Assembly (NCBI GenBank): GCA_903915075.1
Contig: CAIWRM010000190.1
Location: forward strand, 1 to 44,235
From: an uncultured Microbacteriaceae bacterium
GTDB lineage: Bacteria; Actinomycetota; Actinomycetes; Actinomycetales; Microbacteriaceae
Length of the DNA stretch: 44,235 nucleotides
Direction: 5' to 3'
Numbering within the stretch: the first letter of the stretch is position 1; each line of letters opens with the position of its first letter. The translations under genes and the position numbers were made by a program. Shown here in pieces: positions 10,601-19,825 of this stretch. Below the pieces are notes generated by a model. That model was given only the letters and a program-made list of their open reading frames with translations, had not been told where the DNA came from and did not search any database.

Positions 10601-11140
10601 CACGCCACCGTCACCATCGACGAACTGATCACGAGTGAATCCATTGTCGATGGCGACACGGTCACCATTGCCGGGCTCGTCACCGACATTCAGCGCCGTG
10701 TGGCACGCAATTCGGGTAAGCCCTATGCCATGGTCGAAATCGAAGACTTTACGGGCCAGCAAACGGTGATGTTTCTGGGCAAGACCTATCTTGACTTTGG
10801 CAACGACCTCGCGACGGATGTGGTTGTCTCCATTCGCGGCCGTGTCAGCGCTCGAGATGAGGGGAAAGCCATCACCGTGCAAGACATGACGATTCCCGAC
10901 ATCTCGAGGGCAACAGTTGCCGGCCCGCTCGGAATCCGTGTGGACGAGCGCCGGGCCACGACTGGTGTCGTCGAGAAGCTCCAGGACATCCTGACCCGGC
11001 ATCCCGGCGATGTCGAGGTGCGACTCACGCTTGTTCGACCCGAGGCGACGCGCCTGTTCGAACTTCCGCAGCGCGTGGTCGTGAGTTCGGATTTGTTTGG
11101 CGAACTCAAGTCGCTACTCGGACCCGGTTGTCTTGAATAG
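7631..11140 (+). CDS. dnaE: DNA polymerase III alpha subunit
   Basis: About 1170 codons. PHP domain HLHVHTEYSMLDGA, Pol III alpha core and an OB-fold C-terminal region. GTG 7631 has GGGGAG 8 nt upstream. GTG 7622 (the track start) is the alternative. Confidence 0.95.
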   Translation: MSSERDSFVHLHVHTEYSMLDGAARVTPLVTAAADMRMPAIAITDHGNTFGAYDFWQAATSAGVKPIIGTEAYLTPGTHRSDKSRVQWGSGGEDDVSGGGAYTHMTLLSSSTEGMHNLFKLSSLSSLEGFYFKPRMDRELLSRYASGLIATTGCPGGEIQTRLRLGQYDAAREAAAEFRDIFGAENFFVEIMDHGLDIERRVTADLLRLAADLSLPLVATNDLHYTHAHDADAHAALLCVQSASTLDDPKRFKFESNEFYLKSPAEMRHVFKDFPEACDNTLLIAERCESEFAHRDLMPRFPVPEGETEASWFAKEVEVGLARRFPDGVSEQHRAQAAYEVDVITNMGFPGYFLVVSDFIAWARQQGIRVGPGRGSAAGSLASYAMGITELDPLRYGLIFERFLNPDRVSLPDVDVDFDDRRRGEVIRYVTEKYGDDRVAQIVTFGTIKAKQALKDSARVLGMPYSVGERLTKAMPRSIMGKDITLSEIVDPTSERYKEANDFRALLDTDPEARTVFDTATGLENLKRQWGVHAAGVIMSAEPLMEIVPIMMRDDGAIITQFDQPPCEALGLLKMDFLGLRNLTVIEDALANIVNNRGETVTPETLDLDADQNTYDLLGRGDTLGVFQLDGGPMRALLRQLKPTNFEDISAVIALYRPGPMAMNSHTNYALRKNNLQVSEPIHPELEVPLQEILGGTFGLIVYQEQVMAVAQKVAGFTLGQADVLRRAMGKKKKSELDKLQAEFESGMAERGFGAAAQKTLWDTLLPFADYAFNKAHSAGYGVLSYWTAYLKANYAPEYMAALLTSVGDAKDKLGSYLSECRRMGVKVLPPDVNASEGMFAAVGGDIRFGLGAIRNVGANVVEAIKETRREKGAFTSFHDFIKKVPLQVANRKTVESLIKAGAFDGLGHTRRGLMEIHESAIDEAASLKRNEANGMVDLFGDLFDEESPEQRVPESREWTKRDLLAFEREMLGLYVSDHPLAGLEIELAKHATVTIDELITSESIVDGDTVTIAGLVTDIQRRVARNSGKPYAMVEIEDFTGQQTVMFLGKTYLDFGNDLATDVVVSIRGRVSARDEGKAITVQDMTIPDISRATVAGPLGIRVDERRATTGVVEKLQDILTRHPGDVEVRLTLVRPEATRLFELPQRVVVSSDLFGELKSLLGPGCLE

Positions 11141-11161
11141 CCACCGTAGACTGGATTCACC

Positions 11162-12475
11162 ATGATGCGCACGCTGGATCTTCGCGGCAAAGACCGTTCT
11201 GCGGTCAGCCTGCTCGCGAGCGTTCCCCGAGCAGCAAACGACCTCTCAGCCGCTCTCGAGGTGGCTGAAGAACTCATTGCGGATGTTGTGGCACGCGGCG
11301 AGCTGGCACTGCGTGAGCAGGCGCAAAAGTTTGACGGCGGGGTACCCGCTGCCCTGCGGGTTGACCGCGCGCAGATGACGCAGGCGCTCGCGCAGTTAGA
11401 TCCGACGGTGCGCGAAGCGCTGGAACTCGCGATTGATCGGGTTCGGCGAGCTTCGGTCAATCAGGTGCCACCGTCTACGCAGACCACCTTCGGCCCCGGC
11501 GCCGCCGTGGAACAGCGCTGGGTTCCTGTTTCGCGCGTGGGGCTCTACGTGCCGGGAGGCAAGGCCGTCTACCCCTCGAGCGTGGTGATGAATGTGGTTC
11601 CGGCACAAGTGGCGGGTGTCGCGTCGATAGCAGTGGTTTCGCCACCTCAGCGTGACTTCGAGTTTGCGGTTCACCCCACGGTGTTGGCCGCGGCGGAGCT
11701 TCTGGGAGTGGACGAGGTCTACGCCATGGGAGGCGCGGGCGCGGTTGGCGCTCTTGCGCACGGAGTTTCTTCTCTGGGCCTTGATCCGGTTGATGTAATC
11801 ACGGGACCGGGAAACATTTTTGTGGCCGCCGCCAAACGCCTCGTTCGCGGGCTCGTGGGTATCGACTCAGAGGCGGGCCCCACGGAGATTTTGATTATTG
11901 CTGATGCCTCGGCCGATGCAGATTTCGTGGCCGCCGACCTCATTTCGCAGGCCGAACACGACCCCATGGCGGCCGCAGTTCTCGTCACGGATTCGCCAGA
12001 CCTTCTCGACGCCGTTGCGGCACGGGTGACATCGCTGGTTGCCCAAACGACACACAGCGCTCGCGTCGCCGAGGCGATGGCTGGGCCACAATCGGCTCTC
12101 ATTCTCGTGGACGACATGGCCCACGCGGTTGCGCTGAGCAACGCGTATGCGCCCGAACACCTCGAGGTGCACGTGGCGGATCCTGAAACTCTCGTGCCCC
12201 TGCTGGTCAACGCGGGCGCCATTTTTGTTGGCAATGACTCCCCGGTGAGCCTGGGCGACTATGCGGCAGGTTCAAATCACGTTCTTCCCACGCTGGGACA
12301 GTCTCGTTTTTCGTCGGCACTGGGTGCGTACACGTTCCTCCGCGCGCAGCAGATTGTTCGCTACGACGCAGTGGGCTTGTCTGACGTGTCTCGTCACGTG
12401 CGCGCACTCGCCGATGCAGAGAGCCTCCCCGCCCACGGCGATGCCGTTGACGCGCGAACGCTTCGGGGGCACTGA
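11162..12475 (+). CDS. hisD: Histidinol dehydrogenase
   Basis: 437 codons with HisD motifs ([28 protein letters not shown]). Confidence 0.95.
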   Translation: MMRTLDLRGKDRSAVSLLASVPRAANDLSAALEVAEELIADVVARGELALREQAQKFDGGVPAALRVDRAQMTQALAQLDPTVREALELAIDRVRRASVNQVPPSTQTTFGPGAAVEQRWVPVSRVGLYVPGGKAVYPSSVVMNVVPAQVAGVASIAVVSPPQRDFEFAVHPTVLAAAELLGVDEVYAMGGAGAVGALAHGVSSLGLDPVDVITGPGNIFVAAAKRLVRGLVGIDSEAGPTEILIIADASADADFVAADLISQAEHDPMAAAVLVTDSPDLLDAVAARVTSLVAQTTHSARVAEAMAGPQSALILVDDMAHAVALSNAYAPEHLEVHVADPETLVPLLVNAGAIFVGNDSPVSLGDYAAGSNHVLPTLGQSRFSSALGAYTFLRAQQIVRYDAVGLSDVSRHVRALADAESLPAHGDAVDARTLRGH

Positions 12476-12476
12476 C

Positions 12477-12968
12477 ATGTTCTGCCCGTTCTGTCGCCAT
12501 TCGGATTCGCGCGTGATTGATTCGCGCACCTCGGACGACGGCCTCTCGATTCGCCGCCGCCGCCAGTGTCCGGAGTGCTCGGGTCGTTTCAGCACGCTCG
12601 AGACGGCCAGCCTCTCCGTGATCAAGCGCTCGGGTGTTGTTGAGGCGTTTAGTCGCGAGAAGGTGGTTGCCGGTGTTCGCAAAGCGTGTCAGGGTCGACC
12701 CGTGACCGATGCCGATTTGGCAACACTGGCACAGAAGGTAGAAGAAGCAATCCGAGCCACGGGAGCCTCGCAGATCGAGGCAAACGAAATCGGCCTTTCC
12801 GTTCTACCGCCCCTCAAGGATCTCGATGAGGTGGCGTACCTGAGGTTTGCGAGCGTGTATCAAGCGTTTGACTCGCTGAACGATTTTGAGGCCGCCGTCG
12901 CCGTTCTCCGCGCTGATCGTGAGCGGGCTGCGCAACCCGTGACCGAAGAGCCGAGTTCGGGCACCTGA
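12477..12968 (+). CDS. nrdR: Transcriptional repressor NrdR (Zn ribbon + ATP-cone)
   Basis: [17 protein letters not shown]...[12 protein letters not shown] Zn ribbon followed by an ATP-cone. ATG 12477 lies 1 nt after the hisD TGA. The track ORF start at 12261 overlaps hisD and was rejected. Confidence 0.95.
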   Translation: MFCPFCRHSDSRVIDSRTSDDGLSIRRRRQCPECSGRFSTLETASLSVIKRSGVVEAFSREKVVAGVRKACQGRPVTDADLATLAQKVEEAIRATGASQIEANEIGLSVLPPLKDLDEVAYLRFASVYQAFDSLNDFEAAVAVLRADRERAAQPVTEEPSSGT

Positions 12969-14026
12969 TGACGCAACGCGCGACCCACAGGATTCCGGGC
13001 TTCTACGGTTTTCTCTTTCGTTCGCTTTTCTCCCGCATTGACCCCGAGCGCGCGCATCACCTCGCCATGCCCATCATCCACCTCGCGGGATGGCCTCCCG
13101 TGGGGGCGATACTCGCGCGAACCGTGCGCCCGCGCCCGGAACTCTCCAGGGACGTTCTCGGTGTGTCGTTCCCCACGCCCTTCGGTCTTGCTGCGGGTTT
13201 CGACAAGAACGCGAGGATGACGCGGGGACTGGCAAACCTGGGATTTGGACACATCGAGGTGGGCACGGTCACGGCTCTGGCTCAGGCCGGCAATGCTCGT
13301 CCCCGGTTGTTTCGACTCATTGCCGATCGCGGTCTCATCAACCGCATGGGTTTCAATAACGATGGCGCGAGTGTTGTGGCGCAGCGCCTTCGCCGGGTGC
13401 GTCGGGGAAAGAACGTTCCCGTGATCGGCGTGAACATTGGCAAGAGTCGAATTGTGGACGTTGCTGACGCCGTCGACGACTACGTGACATCCACGAAGCT
13501 CCTGGCGCCCCTGGCCGATTATCTGGTCGTGAACGTTTCGTCCCCCAACACCCCGGGCTTGCGGGGACTTCAAGAAATCGATCTCCTCGAGCCTCTTGTC
13601 CGTGCCGTTTTTCGCGAATGCTCCGGTGTTCCCCTGTTCGTCAAGATTGCTCCGGATGTCACCAACGATCAGGCGCTGCGCATCGCTGAGATGTGTCAGC
13701 GCATCGGGGTTGCCGGAATTGTGGCGACAAACACTACCGTGTCGCGTGCAGGGCTCGTGACGGACTCAGCGCGCGTCGAGGCCATGGGCGACGGGGGAGT
13801 ATCAGGCCCGCCCGTAGCTCACCGTTCACTCGAAATTTTGCGCCTACTGCGCGCCCGGTTGCCACGACCTTTTGCTCTCATCTCGGTGGGCGGCGTGGAA
13901 ACGGCGGCTCACGTGCGCGAACGGCTTGATGCCGGGGCCGATCTTGTGCAGGGGTACACCGGATTTGTCTATGCGGGACCGGGCTGGGCGCGCCGGATAA
14001 CGCGTGGTCTCAACGACGCCGTTTAG
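12968..14026 (+). CDS. pyrD: Dihydroorotate dehydrogenase (quinone), class 2
   Basis: 352 codons with motifs GFNNDG, NVSSPNTPGLR and GGV. ATG 12968 shares one base with the nrdR TGA (TGATG). Confidence 0.93.
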   Translation: MTQRATHRIPGFYGFLFRSLFSRIDPERAHHLAMPIIHLAGWPPVGAILARTVRPRPELSRDVLGVSFPTPFGLAAGFDKNARMTRGLANLGFGHIEVGTVTALAQAGNARPRLFRLIADRGLINRMGFNNDGASVVAQRLRRVRRGKNVPVIGVNIGKSRIVDVADAVDDYVTSTKLLAPLADYLVVNVSSPNTPGLRGLQEIDLLEPLVRAVFRECSGVPLFVKIAPDVTNDQALRIAEMCQRIGVAGIVATNTTVSRAGLVTDSARVEAMGDGGVSGPPVAHRSLEILRLLRARLPRPFALISVGGVETAAHVRERLDAGADLVQGYTGFVYAGPGWARRITRGLNDAV

Positions 14027-14580
14027 CTCGGGTATTGACGGCGCCGAACTGCTGGCCTGGGCATGCGCATGGCCCGAAGTTGAATAGACCGCATGGAGCC
14101 GTACCAGGAAACGCCGCGATCGGACGAGCCAAACTTTGCTCGGAGGCTTTTTCGAAGCATGAACGTCATGATGGAGCAATCGACAATGATGATGATGAGG
14201 AAACTCCACATCACAATGACGCCGATCTCCATGAGGGGTGGCACGAACGACGTCATGATAACCAACACCATAAAGGGGATCGTCAGCTCGCCCACGTTGT
14301 AGCGCGCGTCAACATAGTCGCGAACGTAGCGCTTCTGGGGACCGCGGTCGCGTGTGGGCAGGTAGCGCTCATCACCGGCGGCCATGCCGACTCGGGCGCG
14401 CTCACGCTCTTCGACCATGCGCGAACGATTCTGACGACGCGCCTGTGCCCGGTCTTCGGGAACGAGGGGGCGCTTGTTCGCCGCTTCGCGCTCCTTGCGC
14501 GTCGGTGTGGCGTGGCCCTTGCCGACAACGGACTGCGCGGGCGTTGCCTCGGAACTAGGTTCGACGGTGTTTTTCGACAC
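14023..14580 (-). CDS. DUF3043-family membrane protein
   Basis: The track ORF is 296 aa, but GTG 14580 is preceded by AAGGAAG. The product (VSKNTVEP...KEREAANKRPLVPEDR...GDERYLPTRDRGPQKRYVRDYVDARYNVGE plus 2 TM segments) matches the DUF3043 pattern as I recall it. Confidence 0.8.
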   Translation of the reverse strand: MSKNTVEPSSEATPAQSVVGKGHATPTRKEREAANKRPLVPEDRAQARRQNRSRMVEERERARVGMAAGDERYLPTRDRGPQKRYVRDYVDARYNVGELTIPFMVLVIMTSFVPPLMEIGVIVMWSFLIIIIVDCSIMTFMLRKSLRAKFGSSDRGVSWYGSMRSIQLRAMRMPRPAVRRRQYPS

Positions 14581-14610
14581 TTGCTTCCTTACGTCTATGT
14601 GCAATAACCA

Positions 14611-14623
14611 TAAGATTAGCGGC
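14611..14623 (+). promoter_or_regulatory. Putative -10 box (TAAGAT) placed for a leaderless M20-peptidase mRNA
   Basis: TAAGAT at 14611-14616 is followed by 7 nt and then ATG 14624. No Shine-Dalgarno sequence is present. The whole divergent spacer to DUF3043 is only 43 nt. Confidence 0.35.
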
Positions 14624-16027
14624 ATGCCCTTGGAAGCCGCCCACAGTGACCAGGATAATCCTGATGCCGTTGTTGCAGCGCTAGAGGACGAGTTGGTGGA
14701 CGCTCTCACCGAGTTGGTGGCGATTCCCTCGGTTTCGTGGCCCTCGCACGATGCGGCGCACGTGCGGGCCAGCGCGAAATATACGGCCGGCCTGCTCGAA
14801 GATACGGGATTGTTCGATGCGGTCCAGATCGTCTCTGCTCCGGTGGGTGAGACGAGCACCCACGGGCAACCCGCGGTCATTGCCCGCCGCGAACCCCGAG
14901 GTGGCGGTCCCACCGTGATGTTGTACGCCCACCATGACGTTCAGCCGGCAGGCGATGAGGAGGCTTGGGAGACCGAGCCGTTTGTGGTCACCCGGGTGGG
15001 GGAGCGCGCCTATGGGCGAGGAGTAGCTGACGACAAGGCCGGGGTGATGTCGCACGTGGGTGCGCTGCGCGCCCTGAAGGCCTTGCGGCCGGATCCCGAC
15101 CTCGGCATCGTCGTCTTCATTGAGGGTGAAGAAGAGTACGGATCTCCGTCCTTCACCAACCTGCTCGAGGCGCATCGCGCCACACTGGCGAGCGATGTCA
15201 TCATCGTTGCCGATTCCATGAACTGGAGCACGGAGATCCCTGCTCTCACCACGAGCCTTCGGGGTACGGCAACACTGGCGGTCACGGTGTCGACGCTCGA
15301 CCATCCCGTGCACTCGGGAATGTTTGGCGGCGCGGTTCCCGACGCCATGATGGCCATGACGCGTCTTTTGGCATCGCTACATGACGACGACGGAGGGGTA
15401 GCCGTTCGCGGACTTCGTGAGTCTCACCGTCGCAACAGTCCCGACTATGACGAGTCGCGCCTTCGCGATGAGTCCGGTGTCTTGGCCGGGGTCGATGCAA
15501 TCGGCCACGGCGACATCCTCGAGCGCATGTGGACCCGACCGGCCATTACGGTCACGGGAATCGACATGCCCTCCGTTGACGAAGCGAGCAACACACTTTC
15601 TGCCTCGGTGCGTGCCTGCGTGAGCATCCGGGTATCGCCGGGTCAGTCGGCCGCGCAAGCAGCAGAGGTGGTCACCTCGCATCTTCTGACGCACGCCCCG
15701 TGGGGCGCGCGCGTGAGCGTAGACCTCATCGCGACGGGTGATGGATATTCCGCGGCCATCGATTCGGTTGCGGCACAACTGATGACCCAGGCCATGCGCG
15801 AGTCGTGGCAGACGGAGCCCGTCGAAATGGGCATCGGCGGATCCATCCCCTTTATTGCTGAGTTCCTCACCGTATTTCCCGATGCTGAAATTCTCATCAC
15901 GGGTATCGAAGATCCCGACACGCGTGCGCACAGCCCGAATGAATCTCTTCACCTTCCCGGGTTCCTGCGCGCCACGGGATCCGAGACAAGGTTCCTCATG
16001 GCGTTAAACGATGGATTGGGCTGGTAA
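14624..16027 (+). CDS. M20/M25/M40-family metallo-dipeptidase
   Basis: 467 codons from ATG 14624 (the track start at 14474 overlaps DUF3043). Metal-site motifs YAHHDVQPAG, GRGVADDKAG and EGEEEYGS. Confidence 0.87.
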   Translation: MPLEAAHSDQDNPDAVVAALEDELVDALTELVAIPSVSWPSHDAAHVRASAKYTAGLLEDTGLFDAVQIVSAPVGETSTHGQPAVIARREPRGGGPTVMLYAHHDVQPAGDEEAWETEPFVVTRVGERAYGRGVADDKAGVMSHVGALRALKALRPDPDLGIVVFIEGEEEYGSPSFTNLLEAHRATLASDVIIVADSMNWSTEIPALTTSLRGTATLAVTVSTLDHPVHSGMFGGAVPDAMMAMTRLLASLHDDDGGVAVRGLRESHRRNSPDYDESRLRDESGVLAGVDAIGHGDILERMWTRPAITVTGIDMPSVDEASNTLSASVRACVSIRVSPGQSAAQAAEVVTSHLLTHAPWGARVSVDLIATGDGYSAAIDSVAAQLMTQAMRESWQTEPVEMGIGGSIPFIAEFLTVFPDAEILITGIEDPDTRAHSPNESLHLPGFLRATGSETRFLMALNDGLGW

Positions 16028-16036
16028 AATTCCAGC
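16025..16036 (+). promoter_or_regulatory. Putative -10 box (TAAAAT) placed for a leaderless Fe-S protein mRNA
   Basis: TAAAAT at 16025-16030 overlaps the M20 TAA stop and is followed by 6 nt and then ATG 16037. There is no SD in the 9-nt spacer. Confidence 0.3.
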
Positions 16037-16390
16037 ATGACCGAAACCAACACTCCCGCACACGGCGTTATCGTTACCGACGCTGCTGCCGACAAACTGC
16101 GTCGCATTCTCGAGTCGGACTTTGCTGACGAAGTCATTCGATTCCGCCTTGCCGTTGAGTCTGGCGGATGTTCGGGACTGCGGTATCGCGACCTCATGCC
16201 CGACGAAAAGCTCCACGACAACGATCTTGTGGTCGACTACGGCGGGGTTGAAGTTGTGATCGACAAGAAGAGCGCACCCTACCTGGAGGGCGCCATTATT
16301 GATTTTGAAGACTCCATGATGAACCAGAGGTTCGTTATCGAGAACCCCAACGCCGGTGGCACGTGCGCGTGCGGGGACTCCTTTCACTAG
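16037..16390 (+). CDS. HesB/IscA/ErpA-family iron-sulfur cluster insertion protein
   Basis: 117 codons with an internal GGCSG and the C-terminal signature GGTCACGDSFH. Confidence 0.9.
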   Translation: MTETNTPAHGVIVTDAAADKLRRILESDFADEVIRFRLAVESGGCSGLRYRDLMPDEKLHDNDLVVDYGGVEVVIDKKSAPYLEGAIIDFEDSMMNQRFVIENPNAGGTCACGDSFH

Positions 16391-16532
16391 TCCTTCCGCT
16401 TAGCGGGTACAGATCGAAAAAACTGCCTGATTCTTGCGCCCACGCGTCACCCGAAAGCGTCATTGCGGGTAGGCTAAAAACACGTTGGAGGGCCACGCCG
16501 TGGTTCTCTTTTCACGGGTCGAAAGGTCACTG

Positions 16533-17423
16533 GTGCGCCTCAATCGTCGCCTCCGCTGGGCCGCAATTCCGATTGCTGCCGCCACTGCGATTTTTCTCGC
16601 GGGGTGCACCACTGCGGAACTGAACGGCTATCTGCCTGGTTTCGTCGAGGGAGGGCCGCCGGCAACGAACCACACCGAACGTATCTCGGCACTGTGGGTG
16701 ACCGGTTGGATCGTCCTCTTTGCCGTGGGCATCATCGCGTGGGGCCTCCTGATGTGGGCGGTTGCCGTTTATCGTCGTCGACGCGGGCAGACGGGAATGC
16801 CCGTTCAGCTGCGCTACAACATGCCCATCGAGGTTTTCTTCACCGTTGTTCCGCTTCTTCTTGTCCTCGGTTTCTTCTTCTTCACTGCTCGCGACGAAGC
16901 AATTATTGAGGCGCGCTTCGATGAGCCAGATCAGGTCATTCAGGTCTACGGCAAGCAGTGGGCATGGGACTTCAACTACGTCAACCAAAACGTCTACACC
17001 GCAGGCATTCAGGTACAGCCAGACACCTCCCTGGGCGCCGAACAGGGCGCCATCGATCAAGCATCGATTCCCACGCTCTACTTGCCTGTGGGCAAGAAAA
17101 TCGAGATTCAGCTCAACGCGCGGGACGTCATCCACTCCTTCTGGGTGATCGATTTTCTGTACAAGAAAGATCTGATTCCGGGAAGAACCAACTACATGTC
17201 GGTCATTCCCGAGCGCGAGGGAACGTACATGGGCAAGTGCGCCGAACTCTGCGGAGAGTTCCACTCCATGATGCTTTTCAAGGTAAAGGTCGTCTCACAG
17301 GCAGAGTACGACGCCTACACGCAAGGGCTCGCTGACAAGGGATTTGTTGGCCAACTTGATGCAACATTCGACCGTAACCAGAACCTGCCGGGCGTCGCCG
17401 CGCCCGGAGCGGAAAATGAATAA
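16533..17423 (+). CDS. ctaC: Cytochrome c oxidase (aa3) subunit II, lipoprotein-type signal
   Basis: CuA site HSFWV...CAELCGEFHSMM. Signal peptide VRLNRRLRWAAIPIAAATAIFLAGC with an LAGC lipobox. GTG 16533 lies 6 nt after GAAAGG. GTG 16500 (after GGAGGG) and TTG 16485 are alternative starts. Confidence 0.92.
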   Translation: MRLNRRLRWAAIPIAAATAIFLAGCTTAELNGYLPGFVEGGPPATNHTERISALWVTGWIVLFAVGIIAWGLLMWAVAVYRRRRGQTGMPVQLRYNMPIEVFFTVVPLLLVLGFFFFTARDEAIIEARFDEPDQVIQVYGKQWAWDFNYVNQNVYTAGIQVQPDTSLGAEQGAIDQASIPTLYLPVGKKIEIQLNARDVIHSFWVIDFLYKKDLIPGRTNYMSVIPEREGTYMGKCAELCGEFHSMMLFKVKVVSQAEYDAYTQGLADKGFVGQLDATFDRNQNLPGVAAPGAENE

Positions 17424-17435
17424 GGGAACGAGACT

Positions 17436-19160
17436 ATGAGCACAACGCTTTCTCCCACCCCGGTGGTCAGCAACGCTGACAAGCCCGCCACAGTTGGCGT
17501 GACGCGCCCAGTGCAGCGCGGAAACATTGTCGTTCGTTGGATGACCTCAACCGACCACAAGATCGTGGGTCACCTTTACATCATCACGTCGATTATCTAC
17601 TTCCTCATCGGTGGAGTGATGGCACTGCTCATTCGTGCGCAACTCTGGGCGCCGGGCATGCAGGTTCTGCAGACCAAAGAGCAGTACAACCAGATGTTCA
17701 CGATGCACGGCACCATCATGCTGCTCCTCGTGGCCACACCACTTTTTGCGGGCCTTGCCAACGAGCTGATTCCGCTGCAGATCGGTGCGCCTGATGTGGC
17801 GTTCCCGCGACTCAACATGTTGTCGTACTGGATGTACTTCTTCGGCAGCCTCATCACCGTCGGCGGCTTCCTGACGCCTCAGGGGTCTGCGAGCTTTGGG
17901 TGGTTTGCCTATACGCCGTTATCTACTCAAACGTTCTCGCCGGGGCTGGGAAGCAATATGTGGGTCTTCGGACTCGCGCTCGGTGGATTCGCCACGATTC
18001 TTGGCGCCGTGAACTTCATCACCACCATCATCACCATGCGCGCACCGGGAATGACCATGTTCCGCATGTCCATTTTCACTTGGAACATCATGGTGACATC
18101 GATCCTGGTCATCCTCGTGTTCCCCATTTTGGCTGCCGCTCTCTTTGCGCTCGGTTCAGACCGCGTCTTCGGCTCGCACGTGTTTGACGCCGCAACCGGC
18201 GGAGCAATCCTGTGGCAGCATCTTTTCTGGTTCTTTGGTCACCCCGAGGTGTACATTCTCGTCCTGCCGTTCTTTGGCGTGATCTCAGAGATTATTCCCG
18301 TCTTTAGTCGCAAGCCCATCTTTGGCTACCGCACCCTGGTCTACGCAACAATTGCTATCGGCGCGTTGTCCATGACGGTGTGGGCCCACCATATGTACGT
18401 GACGGGTGCTGTTCTGCTTCCGTTCTTCGCCCTCCTCACGATGCTCATCGCGGTGCCCACGGGTGTGAAGATATTCAACTGGGTCGGCACGATGTTCCGG
18501 GGCTCGGTGACCTTCGAGACACCCATGCTGTTCGCGTTGGGCTTTGTGTTCAACTTTATCTTTGGTGGTCTCACCGGCGTGATCATGGCTTCGCCTCCGC
18601 TGGACTTCCACCTGTCAGACACCTACTTCATCGTGGCGCACTTCCACTACGTCGTCGTGGGCGGTATCGTCTTTGGACTCTTTGGCGCCCTTTACTTCTG
18701 GTGGCCAAAGTGGACCGGAAAAATGATGAATGAACGCCTCGGACAAATTCATTTTTGGTTATTCTTCATTGGCTTCCATGCCGCCTTCCTGATTCAGCAC
18801 TGGTTGGGCGTTATTGGTATGCCGCGACGGTACGCCACTTACCTGCCAGAGGATGGGTTCACCTGGATGAACCAGCTTTCCACAGTCGGCTCATTCGTCA
18901 TGGCTGTGTCGCTCGTCCCGTGGATTATCAACGTCTACGTCACGTGGCGCTATGCACCCAAGGTTAAGGTCAACGACCCGTGGGGAAGCGGTCGCTCACT
19001 CGAGTGGGCTACGGCCTGTCCCGCCCCGCGCCATAACTTCACCTCGATTCCTCGCATTCGCAGCGAGTCACCCGCCTTCGATCTCAACCACCCCGAGCTC
19101 GCGCCGGGGAGTATCGGTGGTCCACGCCCGACCAAAGTGATTGCGGCAAAGGGAGCCTAA
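17436..19160 (+). CDS. ctaD: Cytochrome c oxidase (aa3) subunit I
   Basis: 574 codons with the 12-TM heme-copper oxidase pattern ([20 protein letters not shown]). Confidence 0.97.
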   Translation: MSTTLSPTPVVSNADKPATVGVTRPVQRGNIVVRWMTSTDHKIVGHLYIITSIIYFLIGGVMALLIRAQLWAPGMQVLQTKEQYNQMFTMHGTIMLLLVATPLFAGLANELIPLQIGAPDVAFPRLNMLSYWMYFFGSLITVGGFLTPQGSASFGWFAYTPLSTQTFSPGLGSNMWVFGLALGGFATILGAVNFITTIITMRAPGMTMFRMSIFTWNIMVTSILVILVFPILAAALFALGSDRVFGSHVFDAATGGAILWQHLFWFFGHPEVYILVLPFFGVISEIIPVFSRKPIFGYRTLVYATIAIGALSMTVWAHHMYVTGAVLLPFFALLTMLIAVPTGVKIFNWVGTMFRGSVTFETPMLFALGFVFNFIFGGLTGVIMASPPLDFHLSDTYFIVAHFHYVVVGGIVFGLFGALYFWWPKWTGKMMNERLGQIHFWLFFIGFHAAFLIQHWLGVIGMPRRYATYLPEDGFTWMNQLSTVGSFVMAVSLVPWIINVYVTWRYAPKVKVNDPWGSGRSLEWATACPAPRHNFTSIPRIRSESPAFDLNHPELAPGSIGGPRPTKVIAAKGA

Positions 19161-19162
19161 CC

Positions 19163-19579
19163 ATGAGAGCGAACATTGGCCTCTTTTGGCTGCTTGCTGG
19201 CTTCTTTTTGCTCGCAGCCGGTGTCTATTCCCTGTGGAACTACCTTGTTTACGGGCAGCTTGAAATTGTCGGAAGTATGGGGATCGCGCTGTCGGCAATT
19301 CTCGCCGGGTTCATTGCCTTCTTTCTCAACATGGTCAAGCGCTCCCAGGCGGGCCAAGTTTTTCCCGAAGACGCCGATACCGATGTCGATGATGCCGACC
19401 CCGAGATGGGACACTTCAGCCCCTGGAGCTGGTGGCCCTTCATCATCGGTCTGGCACTGTTCTTCGTCTTCTTGGGCCTCGCCGTAGGCATCTGGGTCAC
19501 GATTATTGGCGTACCCCTTGCTCTCGTGGCTCTCGTCGGCTGGACCTACGAGTACTACCGCGGTAACTTCGGCCACTAG
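19163..19579 (+). CDS. ctaF: Actinobacterial cytochrome c oxidase subunit IV
   Basis: 138 codons, 4 TM segments, C-terminal WTYEYYRGNFGH typical of CtaF. It starts 2 nt after ctaD. Confidence 0.85.
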   Translation: MRANIGLFWLLAGFFLLAAGVYSLWNYLVYGQLEIVGSMGIALSAILAGFIAFFLNMVKRSQAGQVFPEDADTDVDDADPEMGHFSPWSWWPFIIGLALFFVFLGLAVGIWVTIIGVPLALVALVGWTYEYYRGNFGH

Positions 19580-19785
19580 AAAGCCGTACTCTGCACGACC
19601 ACAGTCGCGACTCGGCAGTCTCTGAATTCTCCGTAACCTCGAGTTTGCTAACGCCGCAAACATGTCGAGACAAACCATCTCGCTACTACCTAACTCGACA
19701 CCACTGATCCTTGCGCCTGGCCCACGAAGGGTCCGGGGCGCGGGTGCGCGTCTTGGCTGCGTCATAGCCCCTCTCCTGCGTGCCA

Positions 19786-19825
19786 AGCAAAAGTACTGGG
19801 GCCCGACCATTCGGCCGAGCCCCAG
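19786..19825 (-). terminator. Putative intrinsic terminator of the ctaE-qcrCAB operon
   Basis: Imperfect GC-rich hairpin at 19796-19825 (CTGGGGC..GCCCCAG outer stem, 11 of 13 positions paired, ATTC loop), 20 nt past the qcrB stop. On the minus strand it is followed by UACUUUUGCUU. Confidence 0.5.

Noticed and set aside
8777-11460. Long minus-strand ORFs (329, 359 and 224 aa) lying inside dnaE and the start of hisD.
   Set aside because: They are antisense to a gene with unmistakable Pol III alpha homology. Their products are Arg/Gly/His-rich low-complexity strings with no recognisable motifs or RBS. This is the typical stop-codon-poor antisense frame of GC-rich DNA.
19157-19810. 217-aa minus-strand ORF covering ctaF in antisense plus the spacer.
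   Set aside because: It is antisense to a well-supported CtaF gene, and no motif or RBS supports it.
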